Assembly (NCBI RefSeq): GCF_006345805.1 | Contig: NC_043010.1 | Span: 14,260,001 to 14,324,000, forward strand | Direction: 5' to 3' | Source of the DNA: Octopus sinensis | Lineage: Eukaryota | Length of the DNA: 64,000 nt | In this document: positions 48,409 through 61,686 of the stretch, piece after piece | How positions within the stretch are numbered: position 1 is the stretch's first letter | Layout of the letters: each line of letters starts with the position of its first letter | Made by a program: the position numbers and the translations under genes | The notes under the pieces: generated by a model | What the model saw: only the letters and a program-made list of their open reading frames with translations | Told to the model about the DNA's origin: nothing | The model's database searches: none

Positions 48409-48720
48409 GTGGAGGCACATGGCCTAGTGGTTAGAGCAGCGGACTCGCGGTCGAGGGATCGCAGGTTCGAATCTCAGACCGGACGATGTGTGTGTTTATG
48501 AGCGAAACACCTAAGCTCCACGTGGTTCCAGCAGAAGGTAATGGCGAAACTTCTGCTGACTCTTTCGCCACAACTTTCTCTCACTCTTTCCTCCTGCATC
48601 TTGCAGCTCACCTGTGACGGACCGGCGTCCCGTCCAGGTGGGGAACCTATACGCCAAGAAACCGGGAAACTGGCCCTTATGAGCTAGGCATAGCTCAAGA
48701 AGGAACAAACAAACAAAACA
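48409..48720 (+). mobile_element. tRNA-derived SINE family S5, 13-bp TSD ACATTAACCTCTT
   Basis: A box TGGCCTAGTGG, B box GGTTCGAATC, GACGGACCGGCGTCCCGTCCAGG block (V-domain-like, from memory), (AAAC)n tail. Confidence 0.88.
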
Positions 48721-49811
48721 ACATTAACCTCTTCTCTTTAGAGATGTAATTTTTTTAATATTCACATTTGATTTGCTCTCTGTAAGCCATTGTGTAGTTA
48801 TTATTACTTGATGTGTATGTAGTACACATCAAGTAATAACATTATTCAAACTAGAAACCTTTATTTCTAAACTATTTGCAATAATGCTTTTATCTATTGG
48901 ACGCACACACAAAGCTAATAAACCATGTCTATTGGATATTTGTTTGAAACCTGTTGAAATGCAGTCTTATTACACAAATGTATGTTTTATATACATATAT
49001 TTTAAAGGTTTGAACCACATGAATCCAAGGGAATACTGACCTGATCTTCCTCTTTCTTGTGCCATGCCTATGGGTCATGGACCTCCATGCCAAAGCTTGA
49101 AGATGCATTTTATTTTACCGTAGTAATTTCTCATTACCTTCTGTTGGTTTATTTACAGTTCACACCATTCATCTGCTGCTCTCTCCAGTTTATCCTTGGC
49201 ACACAGGATCTATTTAACTTACAGGCAGGAGAACTGCTGGTTCACTTGATGCCAGGGCATTTCCACGCACAGATGGGCCTCTGTGACACATACCTGGAGG
49301 CCATTCCTCCTTTGAGTCTTGTATTGCCTTACCTACAGGACCATCTGCTATTTGATCCATAACTGGGACCCTTTATATACTACCACCTCAGGACTGAGCG
49401 AAACTCGGAGTAGTGGTGGCTAGGAGGTAACTCCACACGCCCGAGCTGGAGCCTCTCTACAGGATGCAGTTCAATGTCTTATCTAGGATTTTCTATCTTC
49501 AGATAACCATTCCTTTAACTGTTCTTTTAAAGAGTTACTCGTATTGTCATATCGTAACTCTAACCATGCAAGGGAAATGGCTATTTAGGTCTTTCCGAGA
49601 GAAAGACCTTGTTACATGCTATAATCTAAAAAGTATCTTTTTTATTTTTTGTCAATGCCCTTCTCAGGTTATCCTGGTTCGCCCCTTCCTTTTAAAAAGA
49701 CCCAGGTATTGCTGTTTTTCTCAAGTTGTCAAGAGGCCTGTTTTTCTTTTTAATGGTTAAGCAGAAATCTAACATGAATACTTACAACAGTCTGAACCCT
49801 GTAAACAGTAC

Positions 49812-50210
49812 TCAGGAGTGGCTGTGTGGTAAGTAGCTTGCTAACCAACCACATGGTTCCGGGTTCAGTCCCACTGCGTGGCATCTTGGGCAAGTGTCTT
49901 TTGCTATAGCCCCAGGCCGACTAATGCCTTGTGAGTGGATTTGGTAGACGGAAACTGAAAGAAGCTTGTCGTATATATGAATATATATGTGTGTGTATAT
50001 GTTTGTGTGTCTGTGTTTGTCCCCCAAGCATTGCTTGACAACCGATGCTGGTGTGTTTACGTCCCCGTCACTTAGCGGTTCGGCAAAAGAGGCCGCTAGA
50101 ATAAGTACTGGGCTTACAAAGAATAAGTCCCCGGGTCGATTTGCTCGACTAAAGGCGGTGCTCCAGCATGGCCGCAGTCAAATGACTGAAACAAGTAAAA
50201 GAAAGAAAGA
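49812..50210 (+). mobile_element. SINE S1
   Basis: Aligns to 40888-41285. Confidence 0.87.
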
Positions 50211-50559
50211 AAACACCGAGTGGCTTTTGTTAAACTGGCATTGTAGTTAGATAACTTTTTAAAGACATTCTTCGTGAAAGTCATTTGACATGACTCAACA
50301 TTTAGTTCAGATCCTTGTAAAACTTAAATCCACACCCTTCTTTTCTTACTTCTAAAGTTACTTCTGTCTTAACACTTCAGGCTAATGAAATGCTTATCAG
50401 TTCTTTTGATGCTGCTGCTCACAGTCCTGGGTGGAGTTGAACTGGCAGCACTTACCACTGTTGGGTGGATGGATTTCATTTATTTATTCTTTTCGTCAGT
50501 AGTATTAGTGTCAATGACCTTTGCAGATCCTTCCAGACTGCCAAGTTTGTTGTGTTTGA

Positions 50560-50800
50560 TAGTCAGTTTAGACATCCACAGAAAGGGAATTCCAAATTGT
50601 TGCAGTTCCGGCACTGAAGGAACAGGGTTGACAAGAGAAATGGTGAGTGCACATTGGTGTGGTGGGTTGGCAGCCATTTACTAGCTAACTCCTGACTGAC
50701 CCTTCTTCTTAGCAGCCAGTCATTAAAAGATTTTTTCTCTGACCACAGTGTCTAGTTTAACACCCAGCTGGACCTTGAGTGTGTTTAGCAGGGTTCACTC
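50560..50800 (-). mobile_element. Very old LINE (CR1/L2/Jockey group) 3' remnant
   Basis: Minus-strand traces SQELAS and ATIWNSLSVDV resemble RT C-terminal motifs. Confidence 0.4.
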
Positions 50801-50902
50801 TGTTGCAAGCATTCAGACTTAGTGAAGAAACTTCATAAGTATGAGCTAACAGTTGTTTCGGTTAGTGAACTTTTGTTGAACAGCTCGACCCTTTGAGATA
50901 GT

Positions 50903-51122
50903 TTAACCCTTTAGCATTCAAACTGGCCATATCCAGCCAAAAGTATTCTGCCTGTTTTATGGCCAGATCTGGTCTCTCACACCAACCCTACAATATCGTT
51001 TTAAAAATTAACAGCTACCTCATCAAAGTCTCATAGCTACAAGATAATGCATGATTAGTTCAAAACAATTTGGATAAAAAAGCATTAATTTTAGCAGAAT
51101 AATGCGAACATGAAAGGGTTAA
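50903..51122 (+). mobile_element. piggyBac-like MITE P1, full length
   Basis: TTAA-CCCTTT ... AAAGGG-TTAA. Confidence 0.82.
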
Positions 51123-51347
51123 GGTGTGTGACAACAAAGCTGTCCTAGTTATTGGTAATATTCCATTGTGGATTTTATTTGAACTTTGCAGAGTCAGCAA
51201 CTGATCAGGGCTGAAAGATTTTTTGTCTTATTTAGCTGTGGAGAGGAAATGTAGTTTTGGGCAATTGTGTGTATAAGAGAATGTCATGGATTGCAACATG
51301 TAATATTTGTGGCAACTCCAAGGGCTTTGTGTTGGGTTATTTGATAT

Positions 51348-51554
51348 TTAACCAGTTAGCATTCAGATTGCTCTTTCAAACATAATGCCTATTTATTCAC
51401 ATTATCTTGACTTAATCATGCAATGTCTTATAAGCTTTGAGATTTCAGTGTTTTTTGATGGCTTAGTTTTAGAATATAGGGTAAATACGAGAGGCTAGAT
51501 CTGGCTCCTTTGAATGTAAAATATTTGGACCTGGTTTAAGTGCTAAAGGGTTAA
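51348..51554 (-). mobile_element. piggyBac-like MITE P1, inverted relative to 50903-51122
   Basis: TTAA at both ends; AAAGGG-TTAA right end. Confidence 0.72.
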
Positions 51555-51794
51555 GTGTCTTGGTCATGAACACAGTAGATATGAATCACTTGGTTTGTTC
51601 TATATTCTATCAACTAAGCTGTTCTCTCTCTCATACAAATATGCACACAAATGAGCACTAATGTTAGATTTTAATGTGCTAAAGTACTTGACTCTTGTGA
51701 GTCGAGATTGTGATGCATATCAATAGTTGACTTGGCCACTAATTCTGTACCAAGTTATCATATGTAACTGAAGGGATATCTGTGAATATCAATT

Positions 51795-52200
51795 ACTCTT
51801 TTACTTGTTTCAGTCATTTGACTGTGGTCATGCTAGAGCACCGCCTTTAGTCGAGCAAATCGACCCCAGTACTTATTCTTTGTAAGCCTAGTACTTATTC
51901 TATCGGTCTCTTTTGCTGAACTGCTAAGTTACGGAGATGTAAACACACCAGCATCAGTTGTCAAGCGATGTTGGGGGGGACAAACACACACATAAACATA
52001 CACACACACACATATATATATATGTATATATACATATATACAACGGGCTTCTTTCAGTTTCCGTCTTCCAAATCCACTCACAAGGCTTTGGTCGGTCCGA
52101 GGCTATAGTAGAAGACACCTGCCCAAGGCGCCACGCAGTGGGACTGAACCCGGAACCATGTTGTTGGTAAGCAAGCTACTTACCACACAGCCACTCCTAC
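51795..52200 (-). mobile_element. SINE S1
   Basis: Aligns to other copies. Confidence 0.86.
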
Positions 52201-52444
52201 GACAATCTCCATAGTGTCCACTAGGGAGCACACATCTGTTTAGATGCTAATATGAAATCATGGGGTAGAATAGTTTGCCTAGTTTAATCTAAACATAATT
52301 TTACGTCTGATACAAGTAACTGGGATGCTTGTGTTCCAAGTGAAATGGATCTAAGAAGTATGAGATGTAGTGAATGATGTTTTTTTTTTTTTCTTTGCCT
52401 GTTTGCCTGCTGGTCAATCTCTCTGGCTATTGTTTCTATTATTA

Positions 52445-52680
52445 CTTATTTCTTTACTGCCCACAAGGGGCTAAATAGAGAAGGGACGAACAAGGACAGA
52501 CAAACGGATTAAGTCGATTACGTAGATCCCCAGTGCGTAACTGGTACTTAATTTATCGACCCCGAAAGGATGAAAGGCAAAGCCGACCTCGGCGGAATTT
52601 GAACTCAGAACGTAATGGCAGGCGAAATACCACGAAGCATTTCGCCCGGTGTGCTAACGATTCTGCCAGCTCGCCACCTT
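52445..52680 (-). mobile_element. SINE S2 monomer
   Basis: Aligns to 34853-35085. Confidence 0.85.
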
Positions 52681-52949
52681 ATTTCTATTATTACTGCTAC
52701 CAATAACACCACTGTTGCTTTTAACTTTTAGCACTTATAGCCTGACTGTTGCACCTAGTTGTTTGATCAACTCTCTCCATGCTACTGGCTTGCTTGACCA
52801 GACCAGCCTTGGGTTTCACAACTATCACTATTGCTACTCTATCATCTCTTCTACCAACAACAACAGCAGCAGAGTTCTATGTGGTTAGTCAGGCTGTTAG
52901 AAATAGCAGCAAAATTTTCAAATTGCACCCTACTGTCTTATATGAAAGT

Positions 52950-53188
52950 GGCACGTAAAAAGCACCATCCAATCGTGGCCGTTTGCCAGCCTCCCCTGGC
53001 ACCTGTGCCGGTGGCACGTAAAAAGCACCCGCTACACTCACGGAGTGGTTGGTGTTAGGAAGGGCATCCATGTGTAGAAACACTGCCAGATCAGACTGGG
53101 CCTGGTGCAGCCTTCTGGCTTCCCAGACCCCAGTTGAACCGTCCAACCCATGCTAGCATGGAAAGCGGACGTTAAACGATGATGATGA
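52950..53188 (+). mobile_element. S3 element
   Basis: Conserved block and (GAT)n tail. Confidence 0.8.
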
Positions 53189-53559
53189 AACAGGATAGTC
53201 ATGGCTATAAAAAATGATAGCAGGAATGTCTTTGTAAGTTTTCTCTACCAGAGCAGATGTATGGAATTAAACAACTCTGTAACAGCAACCTTATGATGTC
53301 AGGTGTTCATACATCAGCTCTGCACTGGTAATTGATCTCAGTGAACTGATCTTGTATCCAAAATGTTACATATGCAGCTGGCTCTCTTCTCATTGTCTCA
53401 TAACTTAAAGTAGAAATGGATGCTAGGAATAAGAAAATGCAAACAGGATGATCTTTCATTTGGTTTACTTGTTTAGAGTAAAGCATACTCTGAGATGTGC
53501 ATATAGTTTGTAGGTTTTGTATGGTATATTTGTGATGTGTGTGTGTGTATATATATATA

Positions 53560-53750
53560 TATATAACGGGAAGCTTTATGAAAATAGACAAAAGACGAAG
53601 GCAGGTGGAATACAAACAAACAATTGTATTAGTATGGCGCTCAGGAAATATAAATAAAACAAATCTTTTACGTTTCGAGCCTACGCTCTTCAACAGAAAG
53701 ATGCACAGAAAAGAAACACAGAAAGAAACAAGGAGAGAAAAAAAAAGGCA
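53560..53750 (-). mobile_element. Penelope-like terminal fragment, family B
   Basis: Partly homologous to 3520-3575; contains a hammerhead-like motif. Confidence 0.55.
53663..53702 (-). ncRNA. Minimal hammerhead-like motif, core variant CUGUUGA
   Basis: AUCUUU-CUGUUGA-A-GAGC(GUAG)GCUC-GAAA-CGU-A-AAAGAU: perfect 6-bp stem I, GUA cleavage triplet. Confidence 0.5.
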
Positions 53751-53789
53751 TATATATAGTGGAAGCGTCATCCAACCAAAATGCAAATA

Positions 53790-54075
53790 TATGGGAAACT
53801 ACCACCTGTGTCATCTCTTGTGAAAGGTAGGAGAGTCCAGTTTGCTGGACATTGGTTGTAGAGCTGAAAACGAGGCAATTTCTACTCTTCTCCTCTGGAA
53901 GCCATCTACTTGCAATACCAGAGGGCGCACACTCTCCTACCCTGATGTAATCTCCAGGGATATAGGCATCCAGCAACAGGACCTCCGTAATGCTATGATG
54001 GACCGTGAAGTCTGGCGTAACATGGTAAATTCCATTGTCTCGACCACGGTCGAACAATGATGATGATGATGATGA
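53790..54075 (+). mobile_element. Non-LTR retrotransposon 3' end (RTE-like) with (TGA)n tail
   Basis: LLWKPS..RGRTLSYPDVISRD..LRNAMMDREVWR. Confidence 0.75.
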
Positions 54076-54089
54076 TATATATATATATA

Positions 54090-54425
54090 TCATCATCATC
54101 GTTTAACGTCCGCTTTCCATGCTAGCATGGGTTGGACGATTTTGACTGAGGGATGGCGAACCAGATGGCTGCACCAGTCTCCAATCTTGATCTGGCAGAG
54201 TTTCTACAACTGGATGCCCTTCCTAACGCCAACCACTCCGAGAGTGTAGTGGGTGCTTTTTACGTGCCACCGGCACGGGGGGCCTGTCAGGCGGTACTGG
54301 CAATGACCTCGCTCGAATCTTTTTACACGTGCCAGTGAAGCGACATTGGTATCGATCATGCTTGAATGGGGCCCTTTTACGTGCCACGGGTACGGAAGCC
54401 AGTTGGCTGCTCTGGCCACGATCAC
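54090..54425 (-). mobile_element. S3 element
   Basis: Same layout as 6980-7350. Confidence 0.8.
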
Positions 54426-54759
54426 GATATATGTATATATGTGTGTGTATATATGATAAAGGACTTTCTTCCATGCTAGCATGCGTTGGTTGGGGAGTTA
54501 TTTGAGGCAGGATGCTCTTCCTATCACCAACTTTTTACGTATTTGTTTTAGCAGATGGATATTTTCATTTGAAAGCACAAAGTAATCAGTTATAATGTTG
54601 AGAAAGAATGTAAACATTATCACTGATTTGTTCAAGTGGCAAATATGGGTGTCCACATTTGTGCACATATATACACACATACATGTATTTATGTGTGAGT
54701 TTCCTATACTTTCCATCTACCAAATTCTCTCTCAAAGTATTGGTTGGCCTTAGGCTATA

Positions 54760-55167
54760 CTCTTTACTCTTTTACTTGTTTCAGTCATTTGACTGCAGCC
54801 ATGCTGGAGCACTGCCTTTAGTCGAGCAAATCGACCCCGGGACTTATTCTTTGTAAGCCCAGTACTTATTCTATCGGTCTCTTTTGCCGAACCGCTAAGT
54901 GACGGGGACGTAAACACACCAGCATCGGTTGTCAAGCAATGCTAGGGGGACAAACACACACACACAACACGTACACACACACACATATATATATACATAT
55001 ATACGACGGGCTTCTTTCAGTTTCCATCTACCAAATCCACTCACAAGGCTTTGGTTGGCCCGGGGCTACAGCAGAAGACACTTGCCCAAGATGCCACGCA
55101 GTGGGACTGAACCCGGAACCATGTGGTTGGTTAGCAAGCTACTTACCACACAGCCACTCCTGCGCCT
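54760..55167 (-). mobile_element. SINE S1, full length
   Basis: Aligns to 40888-41285. Confidence 0.88.
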
Positions 55168-56699
55168 GAAAAGTTATAATTATTGAAAAGAAATTCTACA
55201 TTTAAACTACAGTAGGCTTACAATACCCTAATATCTATGTATAGTAAATGTCTATAAGCACTTTTGTTATCATATTTTTTGTTAAGATACACTGCTTTTC
55301 ATCATCATCATTTCACATCTGCCTTCCATGCTGGCATGGATTGGATGGTTTGACAGGAGCTGGCCAAGAAGAAGACTGCACCTTAATTCTGTGTCTGTTT
55401 TGGCATGGTTTTTATGGCTGGATGCCCCTTCCTAATACCCACCACCCAGAGAGGACAGTGCTTTTTCTGTGGCACCAGCTTAGGTGAGGTTAGTTTTTGG
55501 CATGGGTTTTTTTACAGCTGGATGCCCTTCCAAATGCCAACCACTTTACAGTGTGGACTGGTTGTTTTTTGCGTGGCACCTGCACTTGGGTCACCAAGTA
55601 ACTTACAAGACAAAGAACCTTTGGATGGGAAGGGGACATTGGAGGAGGTTTTTTTTAATTAATTTTGAAAATAATGAAGAATTTAGTTGAAAATCTTTGT
55701 CATTATTAAGCAGGTGTTGGGAATGTAAATTAACACGAAATTTGGATGGAGGGTTTATTTTAGGTCATTTTAAAAGACAGCCTAGGGTTAAAAACATTAT
55801 ACAATTCAGTACAAAAACAAACTTTCATTTATGCAACAAATACAAAAAAAAAGGGTACTGCCTCTGTTAGATTTTTTGCTTTTGTAGAAGAAGCATCAAA
55901 TGGTTGTTGACTGCTTTTTCTTATGAACCTCTAATTCTTCCCTATAACATTTTTGTGTTACCATTATAGATATTTTTTTTTTTATATTTTGTTAAAAATT
56001 GGATAAGATAATTTTCTGAAAGTATTTAGAAAGATGCTTGCTTTTAAAACCAGGTTTGGAGAAGTGTCTTTTGTCATGCTTGAAGTTTTAACTCTTTAAG
56101 GTCTTCATAGATAAGGGTCTTATCAGCCTATAGTAAAATCTGATTATCATATTTTTCAAATCCTACTTCCTCTGCCATTTGTGTTGGGCAGTTGCTGATC
56201 CTGACTGTTTCATCTGACATTTTGGAGACAGTTTTTTTTTTGTCAAAACTGCTGTGAAACATATATTTAGCTAATGTTTATTTTCTCACTTGCATAATAT
56301 TTTTTCAGAAATCTTCAATCAATTACTGTTTGTCATCAGTCATGATAACTGACTTTCCAAGATAGTATACCTTGTATTTGAAAATTCATAGTCTGTAAAG
56401 TTGTTTGGTGGAATGAATGAAAACAGCTTGAGTAGGTATGCACATTTGAAGTGAGACTAGATTTGAAGGTTGACCAAGAATATTGTCCAAAAGTAGAAGT
56501 GCCTTGGCCTCAAAATACTTCTCACCCTGAAGTGAGCACTATGGAAATGTTCAATAAGCTATTCAGCAGTTATGTTATGTAACCAAGCTTTTCTGTTTGA
56601 TTTGCACATAATAGACTAGATTTGGATTCACCTTTCATTGCTTTTGGAATATCAGAATGATAAACAGTGGCTTGAGTCTTGTTTCATTTACACATAATC

Positions 56700-57088
56700 A
56701 TATCGTTGCCAGAGCGGCTAACTGGCTTCCGTGCCGGTGGCATGTAGGAGGCACCATTCGAGCGGGATCGTCGCCAGCATCGCTTTATTGGCACCCGTGC
56801 CGTTGGCATAGGTCGTTGCCAGTACCGCCTGACTGGCCCATGTGTAAAAATTTGAGTGAGGTTGTTGCCAGTACCACCTGACTGGCTCCCCCCCCCCATG
56901 CCGGTGGCACGTAAAAGCACCCACTGCACTCTCGGAGTGGTTGGCATTAGGAAGGGCATCCAGCTGTAGAAACTCTGCCAGATCAAGACTGGAGCTTGGT
57001 GCAGCCATCTGGTTCACCAACCCGCAGTCACGTTGTCCAACCCATGCTAGCATGGAAAGCGGACGTTAAACGACGACGACGATGATGA
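56700..57088 (+). mobile_element. S3 element with 5' tandem units
   Basis: Conserved block; (GAC/GAT)n tail. Confidence 0.8.
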
Positions 57089-57444
57089 ATGTGAAATGAT
57101 CTTTTGCTGCTTTGTATCTTGGTGCTTTTTATCTTTGTGATGAAAGATTTCGAAGGTAATCACTTCAAAAGTAGCCTACAAAATTCAGATTCTTTTTTCC
57201 TGTAATACATTTCAGTTTTGTGCTGGATATTCTGATGCAGTTTCATGCTAGCCTGTGCTGAGTTTTTTTTTTTTAATGAATGTTATTCAAATACTGTAGA
57301 GATTAGACCAATATTTCTTGAACATTTCAAACCATCCATGAAAAGCAACAAATATTTTAGTGTCTTCAACCAACTGTTTCAATTGTTTAAATAAATTTAT
57401 CATCAAGAGTGGTGTGTGATGCTGTAATATATCCATCAGACATA

Positions 57445-57675
57445 AGGTGGCGAGCTGGCAGAAACGTTAGCACGCCGGGCGAAATGCGTAGCCGTATTTC
57501 GTCTGCCGTTACGTTCTGAGTTCAAATTCTGCCGAGGTCGACTTTGCCTTTCATCCTTTCTGGGTCGATAAATAAAGTACCAGTTTCGCACTGGGGTCTA
57601 TGTAATCGACTTAATCCCTTTGTCTGTCCTTGTTTGTCCCCTCTATGTTTAGCCCCTTGTGGGTAGTAAAGAAAT
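57445..57675 (+). mobile_element. SINE S2 full monomer
   Basis: Aligns to 34853-35085. Confidence 0.87.
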
Positions 57676-58720
57676 ATATATCCATCAGGCATTTAGCATT
57701 ATTTCTATATTAACCAATTTTTCTGCATGTCTATTAGTTTAGAATCATTATGCTCGTTTGAATTTTGCATGGTAATTTTTCCGAGAACACTTATGATTTT
57801 CAAAGTTTTACCATGCAAATCCTAAAAAAATTATTTTGCAGCAACGGTTTTCTATTTTCCTGCTTGTACCTTTGCTGTGTAGTTGAGATGCTTGCTTTAC
57901 AACCATACAGTTTTGGGTTCAATTCCACTGCGTGGCACCTTGGGCAAGTGTCTTCTACCAGAGCCTTGGGCTAACTTATCCCTTGTGAGTAAATTAGATT
58001 GCTAGAAACAGTGGTGGAATCCTGTCCTCTGCACATTGCTTGACAACTGGTGTTCATTTATTTACATCCCTGTAACTTAGCTGTTTGGTCAAAGATATCA
58101 ATAAAATATATCACAGACTTTAAAAATATGTACTGGTGTTGATTTGTTTGACAAGACCCTTAAAAAGCAGTACCCTCTGCATGGCTGCAGGCCAATGGCA
58201 GAAACAAGATATTCTTTTTGTGATATTTAGGTTGGCATCTAATGATATTAACACTTGAAGTGACATGACAAGATTGTAAAGAGTACATTATTAATTTCCT
58301 TAGAAATATTTATAGAAATTGCTTTGTGAGTGGTACAAAGTAGCATGAGCAAATTCTTGCAGAAATCTCAGTGAAGGGCATAAAACCAGAATGGTCTTTT
58401 TTGATTTTAACTTAAATTGCTGCAATATTAAAATTTATTACAATGAGGTTTCATTGATAGAGGGAGTATAGAATGAACTATTTGTGTGTGTGTGTTTATA
58501 GTATGTGCATGTATACAAATTCACCTGTTTGTGTGTATTAAATGGAATGCACACATGTAAGGAAAAGTTGATACCAAGTAGAATTTGTAGTGAAAAGTTT
58601 GGTAAAAAAAAAATTCATTACCTCTTCCTGTTAGATACATACACATCCCTTCAAGGAACATTGTTGTAGAATTTAACTGGTGTTAACCCACAATCAATTA
58701 TCCCATTATATAACTGTTAT

Positions 58721-59052
58721 AGAGGCGCGTGGCTCAGTGGTTAGAGCGTTGAGCTTACGATCGTGAGGTTGTGAGCTCGAATCCCGGACCGGGCTGCATG
58801 TTGTGTTCTTGAGCAAGACACTTTATTTCACATTGCTCCAGTTAACTCAGCTGTAGAAATGAGTTGCGACGTCACGGGTGCCAAGCTGTATCGACCCCTT
58901 TGCCTTTCCTTGGATAACATTGATTGCATGAAGAGGGGAGGCCGGTATGCATGGGCGACTGCTGGTCTTCCATAAACCACCTTGCCCAGACTTGTGACTA
59001 GGAGGGTAACTTTCTAGGTGCAATCCCATGGTCAGTGTCGTGACCGAAGGGG
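58721..59052 (+). mobile_element. SINE S4, full length
   Basis: A box TGGCTCAGTGG, B-box-like GCTCGAATCC, CORE-like block. Confidence 0.83.
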
Positions 59053-59061
59053 ATCCCAATA

Positions 59062-59295
59062 CAGGGTGGCCCAAAAGTAGGTTTACATTTATTCAACTAT
59101 CTCTTTTGTATTCATATATTAACAGTTTAGATTTTAATTATATAAAAAATATGAAACCATTATTCTATGGTAATTTAGTTTTCTCAAGCTCCCTTTTCAG
59201 TTAGTAAGATAGAAATTTAAATGTAATAAAATGTTTTAGAAGAAATTTAAAGTGCCTACATGATATAACTGTAAACCTACTTTTGGGACACCCTG
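59062..59295. mobile_element. Tc1/mariner-type MITE, TA TSD
   Basis: TIRs CAGGGTGGCCCAAAAGTAGGTTTACA / TGTAAACCTACTTTTGGGACACCCTG flanked by TA. Confidence 0.85.
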
Positions 59296-59786
59296 TACAA
59301 TGTTTTTTAAAATTATTATTAAGGCAGTAGGGTGTGATTTGGCTGTCATTTTTAGCTGGTTCAGCAATTACTAGTTGCAGTGTCTGATTGTAGAGAGAGA
59401 GAGGGAGAGAGAGACTAATAGGCTTTTGGTGTACAGAAGGAAAATAGTGTGCTGTACAATTTTGGTGTACAGGAGGAGAAGATTGTGCGCAGAATTTTGG
59501 TGATAAAGAATGAGAAGAATGTTGTACAATTAGCAGCGTCTGAGAAACAAGATTGTAGAAGTGGTTGAAAAGGCAGTATGGACACAGCATAGCAGTGGAT
59601 CAGGTACTGGAGGGTTTCATTCAGAAAACCTGCTTTGAGAGCAGCCTTGATCATATCTGCTCAAGTAGACACTTGTGGATTTGATGTTGGCAAATTGCTA
59701 GCTACTTCTAGTTGTGGTCATATACCTTGTCTTTATTGAAAGGCGTTAAAGTACTTAAAATTTGTTCTTTGTTGTAAAGACTTCTG

Positions 59787-60207
59787 GAATCTTTTTGGTT
59801 TGAACGGCAGTTTAACATAATTTCTACATAACTAAACACTTTTAAACTTCGTGTACTGGTAGAATGTGTTTATAAAACATCTTTTTCTCCTGGCTTTATT
59901 GAAAAAATTCTATAGTTTGTAAGATATTTGTTGTTTTTTTTCTTCAATTTCTGCAATTTCAACCAATCAATGATGTCTATTGAGTTAAAAAGCATTCTGT
60001 GCTGTATGAATATGTCCCTCGTTTAAGAAACAGATTGGGTTTATTTACATTTGTGAAGAAAAAAAAGATACCCTTCCCCCTAACCCTAACCCACCCTAAC
60101 CCTAAAAGAGATTGAAATGCAATAGATCGATACTAGGGTCATAATTATGGGTGACAATTTCATATGACCACCGCTAGAAAAAACTGCCGTTCAAACCGAA
60201 AAGATCC
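59787..60207 (+). mobile_element. Merlin-like MITE M1, 8-bp TSD GACTTCTG
   Basis: TSD at 59779-59786 and 60208-60215. Confidence 0.86.
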
Positions 60208-61686
60208 GACTTCTGAGTTTCTTAAAGGATATTTGTTTCAAGATTTGGTGCAGATTAGTAGACTATAGAAATTCTTACAAAGATAGTATGGTTGGTTTGC
60301 TATAGGCTTGGAAATAAAATTTGCACCTCCATGAAAAACAGTACTCTGGAGGTGAGTATCAGGCTGAAGTGTGTGTGTACATGTACATATTCCTGTGTTA
60401 TTGGAGAAATGGGTTTTTAAAAATAACTTTGATTTGCATTGTAAATAGACCCTTGTAGTTGCTAATCTAGTTTGTACCACCACAAATGCTACTGTTATTA
60501 TGCTTATATTGTTACTACTACTACAGCTATTACTCTCATTGTACTACTGTTACTGATTCTACTATTGATACCACTGCCACTTGTACTACTACTTTTGGTG
60601 ATCTTATTGTCACTACTACTACTGTTTAGTGCGTTCAACAGCTTGCTTTCCCTTCCATAAATGTACCTCACTGTCTTCACCATATGTTAATTAAACATAT
60701 TTTAAGCATGGAGCATTAAAAAGTTAATTAGAAATATGCAGGAAGAGGTGTGGGGGAACAATAATTGTCAATATTTATCATTTCTCCAATGGAAGTACAA
60801 GGCAGTTTTGGACACGACATGTTTGGTCTTATTCTGATCTTTTCAATGAAGCATAGCCTTTATTGTATTTGCTGAAGTTACTGGCCAATGAATTTATTGA
60901 TGCGAAAGTTGAAACATTTGTGAGGATATAGGAAAACCGGATTGCTTAAAAATGAAATAATTCAGAAGTTTGATAAGTTCTTCTATCTGATCACATTTTC
61001 CTAGTTTCTTTTGTCAGCAAAGTTAATTTATATTAATCTATTCCATATTGCCGTTGATTTGTGTTTTTTTGTTTCCTTTCGTTCAAGTGAATTTATAACT
61101 GGAGTTACGAGTGGCACTGAAGCAGAGACTAATATCCTGTCTTGCTTTTACTTAGTGACATACTTACATACAAACACTTACTACCATCCTTGTCACTATC
61201 TACTTGACTTTCGATCCAATTTCTTCCCCTATTTAAAAAAAAAAAAAAGGAAATTTTTTCTATCAAACTCCAAGGAACAAATTGTCTTTTTAGCAGTGGG
61301 TTGGTTGTTGTATTGATTGTTTGTGACTATAAAGAACTGATAGTAATTCTTTTCAATGTTCAAACCCTGCTGGATTTGACTTGTGTCTTTCAACTGTCTG
61401 AAAAAAATATCTGTAATATACCAGGACTATTAAAATCCCTATCAGCATTAAAAAAGAGTTGTCATATGCTGTTTGTAAATTTTTAAGTATATAGGTGTGG
61501 GTGTGTGGTTATGAAGTTTGCTTCCCAGTCATATGGTCTTGGGTTCAGACCCACTGTGTGACACCTTGGGCAAGTGTCTTCTATTATAGCTATGGAGCAA
61601 CCAAATCCTTGCGAGTGGATTTGGTAGATGTCTGTGAATGTTCTGTATATATTTTGGCTTCTTGATTACTTGTGGTGTGAACACTT

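Noticed and set aside
48409-48490. tRNA-like sequences with A and B boxes (also 58721, 62349 and the S1/S2 heads)
   Set aside because: They run directly into SINE bodies, have TSDs or tails, and lack a closed acceptor stem, so they are not tRNA genes.
50385-50684. Hydrophobic 99-aa ORF with apparent signal peptide and a GTGAGT donor
   Set aside because: Overlaps the antisense strand of a probable old LINE 3' remnant; no recognisable family. Not fully excluded.
61011-61316. 101-aa ORF with an internal acceptor-like site
   Set aside because: No donor, no recognisable homology, composition typical of AT-rich intron.
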